From the NCBI GenBank assembly GCA_964016885.1, contig OZ024749.1:46934001-46998000 (forward strand): a stretch of DNA of 64,000 nt. Direction: 5' to 3'. Shown in pieces: positions 46,407 through 57,677 of the stretch (within the stretch, counting starts at the first letter, position 1; every line of letters begins with the position of its first letter). A program made the translations under genes and the position numbers. The notes beneath the pieces are model-generated. The model was given only the letters and a program-made list of their open reading frames with translations. It was not told the origin of the DNA and did no database searches. The DNA is from Eledone cirrhosa (taxonomy: Eukaryota).

Positions 46407-47054
46407 GTAATATAATAATTATGAAGACTGAAATCCAAAGAGGGCTCCTTATCGGGAACTTCTGAAACTAAAAATGTCAATCTGTGAACGCAAAGTAAAT
46501 ATTTCAAAAAAAGTTGCAACCGGAGGAAGACAGGAAGACGAGACTTGTGTTCGTGGAAACGTTACCTGGCAAAGAACGGAAAAAAAACGAAGATAATACG
46601 TCATTATTTGGACCGTTGACAAACAATTACGCGCCAAGACAAGACCTCGTTGATGGTATAAAAGAAGTCGTATACTAATATTCTATTAGGTGGTTCATGG
46701 AGTTGTTCTCTGGCAATGAATGGAAAAAAAACGTCATTAAGTGGAGCGTAGAGAACAAATGGACGCAAAGAAAAAACCACGTGGATGGTATAACTGAAGT
46801 CGTAGACTAAAATTCTAACTAGGAAACCGAACGATTCTCGGCTTCAGAGTTAAGAATAAAGTAAATAAAATACAGTGGTAATTGAAATAAAATAAATACG
46901 TACACGCATCCAAATACGTACATGCACAATCAGACGGGACAATACAAATACAAGCACGTACACAAAAAAACCCGCACGCACATACATAATCCACGCAACG
47001 CCTGTACCGGCACACTTACGAATGTATACACCAAATACGCATAAACATATATAA

Positions 47055-47055
<1 letters not shown>
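46406..47055 (-). mobile_element. PLE family F 3' region with an internal deletion through the hammerhead
   Basis: Collinear with 60341-61000, including the internal duplication; lacks ~95 bp after GAGGGCTC. Confidence 0.88.
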
Positions 47056-47147
<92 letters not shown>

Positions 47148-47152
<5 letters not shown>

Positions 47153-47963
47153 GATTACATATATATATATATATATACATAGATACATATACGTGTTTTG
47201 CAACGGGTCACTTTGTGGCTCAATGAAAAGTTAATAAATTAAATAATCAGAGCTATATATCATAAAACATGTCTATAGAATCACCAGATAAAATATATAC
47301 TATTTCCTCCCCCAATTAGCATAATTAACCAGATAAAAAATCGAATAGACCAGGCTATAAGAATAAGGCTTCTATGAAGAAATCTCCTACAAATAACCGA
47401 AACTATCCCTACGCTGCAACGGAATATTTATCGAATATTTCGACACCGTAATCGCCTAGATATACAGTCAATTAAACAGAATTAGGTGTAAACTATACTA
47501 GGAGAAAAGAGAAGACATTTATTTACGTCGACCATGGTTTCGTCCGCATTTTAAGATTTCCGATAACTTCGGAAACTTGAGCACCGGACTCTTCAGGAGT
47601 TTCCTCAAATCTAGACAATAAACTTTCTAGAGTGATCGCCCCAAAAATACATTAAAACATGGCTAAGAATCGTGACGTAGCAGCGGTCAGGTTGGAAGGA
47701 GTGTGGTTAGTTGCTTACAACTGGTGTCTTTTTGCTAGAAAGCGCAGTACAATACAGCCACATTTGTTTCTCAACCTAACGGGAGATTATTACATACAAA
47801 GGTTTACATATAAATATATACATACTAACATATACATGTTTTGCAACGGGTCACTTTGTGGCTCAATGAAAAGTTAATAAATTAAATAATCAGAGCTATA
47901 TATCATAAAACATGTCTATAGAATCACCAGATAAAATATATACCATTTCCTCTCCCAATTAGC
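47148..47963 (-). mobile_element. partial-tandem non-coding element, 643-bp unit, ~1.25 copies
   Basis: 47148-47320 is repeated at 47798-47963; contains a hammerhead. Confidence 0.88.
47525..47600 (-). ncRNA. type I hammerhead with canonical core
   Basis: ACTC CTGAAGA GTCC..TTTCCGA agtta TCGGAAA..GGAC GAAA CCATGG TC GACGT. Confidence 0.85.
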
Positions 47964-48021
47964 TAAGCACGCCGTTTCTGAGGGTACCAAGGCTGTCACG
48001 AAGTACACCACCAGCAAGTAG
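47959..48021 (+). pseudogene. H2B: histone H2B C-terminal fragment
   Basis: Translates to LAKHAVSEGTKAVTKYTTSK*, the highly conserved H2B C-terminus; the rest of the gene is absent. Confidence 0.95.
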
Positions 48022-48069
48022 ACCAATTACTGCTGCTTAAGACAAATCAAAACACACACACACGCACAG

Positions 48070-48126
<57 letters not shown>

Positions 48127-48284
48127 TGTGTGTGTGTGTGCGTGCATACATATACTTAAACAAACGTATATACATAAATAAATACGTATATAACGCGCGC
48201 ACACACATACCTGCATGTAGGTATGTGTGTGCGCGCGTTATACACGTATTTATCTTGTTTTTGTGTGTGTTCACACAAAAAAAG

Positions 48285-48588
48285 AGGATGGCGTAGGACA
48301 GAACGAAGGAGAGGCGCAAAGCAAAGAAAATAATCCCAGTGAATGAAGAGCTCACATAATGTGTGACGAAAGAACTTTGATAATATATGAACAACCGTCC
48401 GGTTGTGGAACCAACCAACCAACCGGAAATTTATAAATTTTTAAATGTATAATTTAATTTATAATACATTTGGAGTGAAAGCAACTGGCGCGTGTGTTTC
48501 TTATTGGCAACATGACCCTCTCAAATATAACAATATAGGTTTTAACACACGTTTTCAGATAAAGAATCTTGCTAAACAAATTTCGAAA

Positions 48589-48590
<2 letters not shown>
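48285..48590 (+). mobile_element. diverged relative of the 45862-46365 element with a decayed hammerhead (48338-48382)
   Basis: Shares GACGAAAGAACTTTGATA and ATGACCCTC..TATAACA; core reads ATGAAGA, stem II TCACA/TGTGA. Confidence 0.7.
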
Positions 48591-48660
<70 letters not shown>

Positions 48661-49968
48661 TTATATATATATATATGATTTTTGCCTATGATTTCTGTAT
48701 TTTATATCAAACAGAAGATATATTATAAATATAACATTTACTTTGGCACAATTACTTTCATCTCGTAAACTTTATGTCCATTCAGTATACGATATCAGTG
48801 GCGTTAATTACAGAGTAAATAAATAGTGATATACTCTAAACACATCATTACCGGTGAATGTATATATTCAGATATGAAAAAAAAATGCTAATGTCCCTCT
48901 ATAATAATCATCCTAATAATGTCGAATATTTTAATGATATAAATAAATACCATTATTTATATAAAACCTATATTTTTTATATATTTGAATATTTCTAATT
49001 AGCCCTGCTTATAGTTTAATTTGCTGTGGATAACATTTTGCTTTATTTATATTAGTTTCTCATTTTATATGTAATTTATCTTTATTTGCATTAAATATAT
49101 ACGTTAATTTCATGTTGCTACTTAAATTATGTTAAAACTGTTTCTCTGTCTGATAGAGTTTTCTATTAGTATCCCAGTTCTCGAGCAGCACAATTGCCTG
49201 CTTTTTAAATTAAACTTCACTTTTTGATCGTTCTAGTGTCATGCGTATCATTAACGTAAATTTCGGGGATATGGTGCTTGATACGATGTGTGGCTGGCTG
49301 CCTCATCGTATTAAATATACTCTCCATACGATAGACGTCAACATAGTTTTAGACTTCTCACTTACACTCAACAGGATTTGGTGGAACTCGCGTCATGGTA
49401 AATGATACTTACGGCAAAGTTCACACAGTTGCGCGATAACCTCCCCAAATATATACACGCAAGGCGTAAAGAAAAGAACTACATTCCTGGTATTCAAAGA
49501 CGGATTTAGGACGTTTCACCCCGTTTAATTAAGTTATTTTCTATCCCCAAAATCTCTAGGTTCAATAATTATTCGCAAACAGTTTCACCTGTGGTCTCAT
49601 TCTTTTATCAGATGGAGACACTATGCTGACTACTTAGGATATGTCTTCCCCTGTTACGATAAAAAAACCTCAATGATTCGACGCCAAAATCCATTGCTAA
49701 CCCGTGGTTGCATATTTAAAGTGCATAATTAAATTGCATATACTAGATACTAAGATTTTCAACCATTTTCAAAGTCAACAAACGACGTGTTAGAATAATT
49801 GATCACAACGTTTGCCCCAAATCAGCCTCTGGAATGATTTTTGCATAAGTGCAACGACAACGAACATATACACATATTATATATGTATTAAACATTCCCA
49901 AATCTTTCGTGTTCTCTAATAGCAGATTCCTTCATTTATCAGCCAGAGCAGTATATATAACTCCAGAG

Positions 49969-50300
49969 CATTGTTTCCTAACCAGGGGGCCATGGCCCAC
50001 CAGTTGGGCCATACCAAGTCATTAGGGGAGTCACGGGAATTAACTAAACATCACAACATTTTATACATAAAAAAGAAGAGTTGTCTCCTAACATATTTTT
50101 TTTTTCTTTTTCTTGCTTCAAATGTTTATATTCAACTTTTTATCAACTTTCTACCTTTTCTAATTATGATTTTACTTCACAAATAAAAAGACATGCCAAA
50201 ACTATTTCTACATAAAAAAATTATATTAATTTGTTGGAGGTGCATACTGTTTTGCTATATCATTAAGGTGGACTTTATTATAAAATGTTGGGAACAGCTG
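49969..50300. mobile_element. hAT (Charlie/Buster-like) MITE, 332 bp
   Basis: Degenerate TIRs CATTGTTTCCTAAC / GTTGGGAACAGCTG; 8-bp TSD CTCCAGAG / CTCTAGAG matching the NTCTAGAN preference. Confidence 0.8.
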
Positions 50301-52156
50301 CTCTAGAGTTAGGAATCCATAAATATGCCACGATATCAAGCAAGTTGAAACACTGTCCATTTTACTTTTACTTGTCATGCAGAAATTGTTTGCCAAAACT
50401 GAAATTAGATTTTTACCACTAATCGAAGCAATTAGGGAAGGTCGAATATACTCTTAATATTCTCTATTATATTTACATGTATTTAAACATGAATCTTTCA
50501 CTTTATGTGTGTATGTTGTCGGGGGTGTATGTGTGGTGATGTGTGTGTAAAATGTATGAGAATATTAAAGATAAGGTGAGAATATTATCATGTGTTCAGA
50601 TGTCACTAACCTGTCCTTTTAATAGCTACCGTCAAATGAGTTGCATATAAGTGTATAAAGGTATGTGGTCATTTAATTATCGAAACAATACGCTTTCTCG
50701 TGTAACTACTTGAGCATTTCCCTGTCAAATGTAAGTGTCATGAAAACCAACATTAATATAGGTATGGATTTAATGCAATCACAATGAACGAAACGTTAAA
50801 GGAACGTGTAAGCAAGTCTGAGACATTTCTGAATTAGTATTCCTCGTAAAAAACCTGTATAGAAATGTCATTGCATGTCTACAATACGCGTTCGTTTGTA
50901 TATGTATATATAAACACGAAAGTGTGTTCACCACTCTAACCTCAAACGCTCTACGATATATTCAGCCTAGTCTCGTTCATTGTTTGTTAAGCTGGAAACA
51001 ATGGGTGGGATGCATAATTCTTCACAGAATCAAACTATTTCCACCAAGATGTAGTAAACTCATATCGGGAATGTGATATACAACGATGCATTCTCTAACA
51101 GCAACCTGCTAAAAACACCGTCGCACTTGATATGATACCAACAGCTCTCTATGGAACTAGTTGTCAAATCCATATAAATTTAAACATTTTACTTTCGGGA
51201 TCTTTGAAACAACCTCCATAGTTCTGTAATCGCAATAATCATGACACGATAATTGTACTCGTTCATTCAATGAGAATCTCTTGCAATGTTACCTGATAAC
51301 CCATTCCCTATTTTGATCACAGGGCGAGAATTCCATCGCAATTTTGTTTACATGAAATGTGTTTTCGTTGTCACCATGCTTGCAGTCGGTTTAAGCGTAT
51401 TAAAAAAAGAATAAAACCATGGATTTCAATGAGTTGAAAATAGAGTAACCGAATATGAATTGAAACAAGCATTTTAAATTATGGCAAAATGTCATATAAC
51501 ATCCGCCTGGGTATTAAAAGAACCGCCTCTTATGTATGTGTACAGCAAATAGGAGCGTCTTGGATAATTGTGTAGTTATTTTGCCTAATATATTTTAATA
51601 TTTGAATAGTTAATAGAACGTTGACTGTTATAATACCGAAAAACGTTTGACGAAGAATCCTTTCTAATCATTGCAAATATGATATAGGGAATTCCTTCCT
51701 AAGTAACGTTTATAGATAAGGCGAATATATTATGTTTACAAGCTAGAAGTTTGAAGTATATGACGCTATTTAGCACACACTGGGCAACATAACGTATATA
51801 GTAGATAAAACAAGAACATTACACCGAGAAGGAAATATGTTTGTTCATCTAACATTTCACACGAATACTTCCTAGAGATTTCCGTAATAAATCAAATGTC
51901 ATAAAATATGATAACACAGGGCGAATAACAGTCACATTTCTGAGAATCTGGCTGAAATGCACAACATGAAGCAAGGTGCATTATCAATATTAATATAAGT
52001 GAGAACATCTTGCCTTGTATATTCCACGCTGTCAATAATTTTAAGTGCTATCGACATAACACCAATGTATATCTCCATCTCTCTCTCTATATAAATATCT
52101 ATCTCTCTGTATATATATATACATATATATTTATTATTATTATTATTATTATTATT

Positions 52157-52546
52157 GGTGGTTGATTGGCAGTACCGGTAGCGGGTCGGACGCCATGCTT
52201 TCCAGCATCGTTACGTCCCTTTACAATCTGAGTTCAAATCCCGCCGAGGTTGACTTTGCCTTTCATCCTTACGGGGTCGATAAAATAAAGTACCAGTAAT
52301 GCACTTCTTAATTGCTGGCCTTGTGCCTAAAGTAGAAACAATTATTATTAGGGCGGTGGATTGGCAGTATCGGTAGAGGGTCGGACGCCATGCTTTGACG
52401 CATAGAGTTACAGCCCTTGCCAATCTGAGTTCAAATCCCGGCGAGGTTAACTTTGCCTTTGATCCTTACGGGGACGATAAAATAAAGTACCAGTAATGCA
52501 CTGGTTAATTGCTGGCCTTGTGCCTAAAGTAGAAACAATTATTATG
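52157..52546 (+). mobile_element. head-to-tail SINE dimer
   Basis: Two ~195-bp copies with A-box-like TGGCAGTA(C/T)CGG and B-box GAGTTCAAATCC; preceded by (ATT)n. Confidence 0.95.
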
Positions 52547-52881
52547 ACTATTATATATATATATATATATATGTGTATATATATATTTATATATATATAT
52601 AAAAGACGTAAAATAAGAAAATATTTAAAAAAAAAAAAAAAAAAAAAAATTTTTTACTTACTTACTTAAATTTTCACTCCAACTAATTAGTTTCTGCAAT
52701 GGGATAAACTAGCCTCTGTGTCACGTGATTGATTCTTTAGAATCGGCCATTTGACCTGAAGCAGTGAGAATTTCGGTACATAGAATCCAGTCCTCGCCAG
52801 CTGTTCGATCTACCGAATTATTATTATTTTTATATGAGCCGCCAGTGTCCGCGCATTGCCTGGAGACTTAACTGAGAATAG

Positions 52882-52963
52882 ACTCCCTGATGACGTAATG
52901 AATTCTCGACAGTTGGATTATGTAACTGTCTTTATCCCATTGCAGAAACTAATTAGTTGGAGT
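52882..52963 (+). ncRNA. type I hammerhead, copy 1
   Basis: ACTCC CTGATGA cGTAATG..GACAGTT/AACTGTC..CATTGCa GAAA CTAATTAG TT GGAGT. Confidence 0.82.
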
Positions 52964-53440
52964 GAAAATTTAAGTAAGTAAGTAACAAATTTTTTTTTAA
53001 ATTTTTTAAAAAAATATTTTCTTATTTTACGTCTTTTATATTATTGTTCTGCATTCTCCTGCATTGAACCACCTAGGTACTATGACATAACCTGTGTATT
53101 TGCTAGCATGGGCGTGCATCTGTGCGCTTATGTTAGTTGATATATTAAATTATCTATATTTATCTCCAAATCATTGATTTGTCGAGCAAACTTGCCAAAA
53201 CCACTTCTAAAAAAATGTTTTGGGGTGTTAGTAGGCGTCAGTCATCTTACCATCCCATTCCTTCTAACTAGCCTCTGTGTCACGTGATTGATTCTTTAGA
53301 ATCGGCCATTTGACCTGAAGCAGTGAGAATTTCGGTACATAGAATCCAGTCCTCGCCAGCTGTTCGATCTACCGAATTATTATTATTTTTATATGAGCCG
53401 CCAGTGTCCGCGCATTGCCTGGTGACTTAACTGAGAATAG

Positions 53441-53522
53441 ACTCCCTGATGACGTAATGAATTCTCGACAGTTGGATTATGTAACTGTCTTTATCCCATT
53501 GCAGAAACTAATTAGTTGGAGT
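53441..53522 (+). ncRNA. type I hammerhead, copy 2
   Basis: Identical to 52882-52963, 559 bp downstream. Confidence 0.82.
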
Positions 53523-53852
53523 GAAAATTTAAGTAAGTAAGTAAAAAAAAAAAAAAAAAAAAAATTTTTTAAATTTTTTTAAAAAATATTTTCTTATTTT
53601 ACGTCTTTTATATTATTGTTCTGCATTCTCCTGCATTGAACCACCTAGGTACTATGACATAACCTGTGTATTTGCTAGCATGGGCGTGCATCTGTGCGCT
53701 TATGTTAGTTGATATATTAAATTATCTATATATATATATATATATATATAATTATAACAATAATAATAATAATAATACCGAAAGCACCGATTCTTTGCTT
53801 AAACTGTAATGTTTTATTTTAATAAATATTATCTATATATATATATGTATAT

Positions 53853-53897
<45 letters not shown>

Positions 53898-53959
53898 TAT
53901 ATATATGTAAGTATGTATGTATACGTACATACATACATGTATACAGACGTACAGTAGCA

Positions 53960-54001
<42 letters not shown>

Positions 54002-54143
54002 CAGGTACACATCAGTTTAGCGGACGCTTATTATAACGCCCGCTTTGTTCGTTTGTAAATAAACTGAACAGCCTGAATTTATGCCGTACGGTGTTAAGGC
54101 AACCACGTCACCTTTTTGTTCAACACTGACCACTGACACAGGA

Positions 54144-54186
54144 ACGATGTACTAGTTTCAAGCTTGTTAGCTATCATCAGCACCGT
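54144..54186 (-). ncRNA. minimal type I hammerhead (U.U at stem II base)
   Basis: ACGGTG CTGATGA T AGCT aaca AGCT T GAAA CTAG TA CATCGT. Confidence 0.85.
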
Positions 54187-54287
54187 ATACCCTTCTGCCA
54201 TGTATGTACGTATACATAGATACTTACATTTAAGTAAGTGCCGTACTAAGAGTGAGAAATGAAATTTCGTTTTCATTTTATTACAAC

Positions 54288-54324
<37 letters not shown>

Positions 54325-54617
54325 CTTCTTTATCTTGCTTTATCTTAGTGTTTTAGTGACCATAATTAGAAATGCCATGCAGGTCAGTGTAATGAAAGGA
54401 TTCCAGCTGACGTCATGGATATATCAACATGACATTTTAAATAGGTACATCTTAATTATTACAGATATTCACATATTATATAGAGTAATAAATGCCGGTG
54501 TACTTTAAAGATTTTGGAAATATCATTTGTGCAATGCTGATTTAATATTTTCCACATCGATAGAATAATGTACCAATCACAGCAGTGTTACAGAGGAAAG
54601 CATATATATATATATAT

Positions 54618-54770
54618 ATAGGAAAAGAGTTCGGATCTAGCTGTCGAAACGGCCGGATCTCAGCCGTTGGGGCCTAACTCTTTTCCTATTACCCACTCTA
54701 CGACCCTAAGTATCGAGTACCCTAAAGTGCTACGGTCCACCTGGTTTCTTACCACACCTTCTTGGTTAAA
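54618..54770 (+). mobile_element. distant family P copy with a 14-bp inverted arm
   Basis: GTCGAAACGGC..CTCAGCCGTTGGGG..CCTATTACCCACTCTAC..GGTCCACCTGGTT; arms ATAGGAAAAGAGTT / AACTCTTTTCCTAT. Confidence 0.8.
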
Positions 54771-54972
54771 TATATATATATAACTATATAAAGTTATACG
54801 CATATACATAACTGAAGTCGACACTTTTTGCAGATTTATATTCATTCTTTGTTTCTTTTTTCTACTTTGTTACGTGACAGAAGGATCGATCAACAACAGA
54901 CATTTATATTTTCTATAAGGATTTGAATTAAGTAAACACACAGATACATATAAATATATGAGAACACCTATA

Positions 54973-55040
<68 letters not shown>

Positions 55041-55064
55041 ATTGTTCCACAAACAAACGTATCG

Positions 55065-55201
55065 TCTTCCCCTCTTCCTCTGGTTGCAACGTCTTTTTAA
55101 ATATTCACTTCTGCGTTCACATATTGACTTTGTTAGTTTCAGAAGATCACGTTAAGCGTGAAAGCAGCGACTCTTTGCTTAAACTTTAATCTGTTATTTT
55201 A

Positions 55202-55208
<7 letters not shown>
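55065..55208 (+). mobile_element. PLE family F fragment with a complete variant hammerhead (55135-55185)
   Basis: AGTTT CAGAAGA TCAC gttaa GCGT GAAA GCA gcgactctt TGC TT AAACT. Confidence 0.82.
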
Positions 55209-55261
<53 letters not shown>

Positions 55262-55291
55262 ACATATATATATAGCTACACATTATAAATG

Positions 55292-55479
55292 CAGCGAGAA
55301 TCGCATTTCGGCGGGTAGAACATCAGAGGTATGCTGTCAAGCGATCCATAGTTAAAAAAACAGAGCTAAACGTATATGTTAAAACGTCATACAAAACTGA
55401 AAATGTGGTCAAGAAGGCATTAACCACCTAAGTCAAAAAAGAAGTCAAGCTAAACAGGTCAGACAAAATAAATGATAAA

Positions 55480-55550
<71 letters not shown>

Positions 55551-56172
55551 GTATACACATATATAACCGACCTGGACCCATCGGACCTGATGGTAAAATC
55601 CAAATGCTGGGTTTCTATGACACGTAAATCAATAATACTGCCTGCTTAAAACTATAAGATTTTGGTATAATGATCGAACAAGGAATATCACGTTACCAAG
55701 ATGTATTTTGCTCTGCGCCAACTTTGGGAATGACGCAGGGCTTTATAAAAGCACATGCGTAAATCACAAGGGGAAAAACCCTGGATTTTGGCAAATGAAT
55801 TGAGTATGTGTAAATCATCCAAAAAATTGCATAAATAGCACAATTCGAATAAGTACTCAACCGGGTAGATTTAAAATAAACGTATGCAATAGATATATCA
55901 ATAGAATTATTAACAGGTTAATTGTAAGACTCGAGAGATTAATACAAATATAAATTCAGCGAGAATCGCACTTTCGGTGGGTACAAAAAGCGAAATGAAC
56001 GCACAATCAGAGTTATGCTGGCAAGCGCTCCATAGTTAAAAAAAAACATAGCTAAACATATATGTTAAAAGGCCATACAAAACTGAAAAGAGTGGTCAAG
56101 AGGGTATTAACCACCTAAGCCAAAAAAAAAAGAGAAGCTAAACAGGTCAAACAAAATAAATGATTAAACCAT
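55292..56172. repeat. diverged ~200-bp direct repeats
   Basis: 55292-55485 resembles 55957-56172 (CAGCGAGAATCGCA..CCATAGTTAAAAAAA..TTAACCACCTAAG..AAGCTAAACAGGTCA). Confidence 0.85.
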
Positions 56173-57437
56173 ATACGTATATATACATATGCACATACAT
56201 AGCTATATATATATATACATATAGAGAGAGAGAGAGAGAGAGAAAATTGAGGTTGGTAATGGCACATGAAATATATAAGAGACAGAATACATTTTTGTGA
56301 AAAAACATATAATTTTATAAGGTAAGGAAATAATAAAGGGTATACAAAATGACTGGTTTCGATGGGTCTGCAAAAGCCATCTTTTCAAATGTTGATTAAT
56401 ATTAAGAAACATTAATAATACGAAGAGTTAAAATTTGAGATTTAAAAATTCAAGTATAAAATTCATTGTGGGATTTCATAGTAGTTTTCATCTAGGTAGC
56501 AACAACAGTTGACTGCTGTGTCCCTTCGTTTTGTGTAGAAAATTACACTTTTCATATATATATATATATATATGTAAAAGTTATATTTAAATTGTTGTGA
56601 TAAAACAAGCAAATATTTTTATAATTGATATAAAGCACTTAACAAATATTTGCATTCCTTATTATAAGCTCCATCACGTTCAAACAGACAAACATACCCA
56701 TACATCCACATACTAAAACGAACTCTTAAAAATATACGCACACATACACACACACACCGATACACACACACGTACGGGCACGTGTACACACACACACATA
56801 CATATTTATGTATGCAGTATAAGGGATATGGAGAGACCTACAGATGTCTCGAAGATTTAATGATTAAATTGATAATTGCTTAGATGGCGAAAATTCCTGG
56901 TTTAAATATAACTCTTTAGAACTGTATGATAGAACAAGGACCGAATATACCTATCTCATATGTTTTACCGGATAACTTACATCATATTGGGAGCCCCTAT
57001 TCTACCAGTGCCGATTGAAGATTTACTGGTCATTACACGTAATATACAAGTCTACGAAATCACATTCGCTAACAGACTAATGGATCATATCCGCAAGGTC
57101 TTATCTATACTTATGTATACCTTCTAAAACCAGTTCATATCTATGTTAATAACATACACTTTATTTTCAAAATAATGCTACAAACCACTAATCCTATACG
57201 TAGAGCTATTATGTTGAGACTTATTTGTTATTCAATAACGTATCAATCTTTAAATTATCACCGCAGAAAACTCTTTAATTTTATCCTCGTATGTGATTTA
57301 ACTAAAGAAACAAATCGCTTTTTGAGACATTTAATTGGATTCAGTTTCATAACTGGAATAAGAAATTACTGAGATTTCTCTGTTATAAGGTAAACGAATA
57401 GAATAAAGTTTGCAGCCGTTTCAGTTCTCTAACATAA

Positions 57438-57553
57438 TTATAGACCTAACTGTATAAACGCTAGAAATCATTGACCTAACTGTTAAGACGCTAAAAAAGA
57501 TAGACTTAACAGTAAAAACGCTAGAAATTATAGACATAATTGTAAACACGCTA
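57438..57553. repeat. 30-bp minisatellite, ~4 copies
   Basis: TAGACCTAACTGT...AACGCTAGAAA units at 57441, 57471, 57501 and 57531. Confidence 0.85.
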
Positions 57554-57643
57554 TATTTCACTTGATGTATGTATATGCTACATGTCTAGCAAGAGGACAT
57601 TGGTATATTGTCATGTCCAGGTTAGCTGACTAACAGTGTGGAT

Positions 57644-57677
<34 letters not shown>

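Larger units (their letters stand above)
52598..53730 (+). mobile_element. retrozyme/PLE-like element: 559-bp unit x1.8 with an inverted 5' segment
   Basis: 52709-53159 is repeated at 53268-53729; 52598-52708 is the reverse complement of 52931-53040; (TA)n on both sides. Confidence 0.92.

Noticed and set aside
52157-52546. tRNA genes
   Set aside because: A/B boxes are present but there is no cloverleaf; these are dispersed SINE heads
57438-57553. 30-bp periodic repeat as a CRISPR array
   Set aside because: Contiguous degenerate units without unique spacers, no cas genes, eukaryotic context
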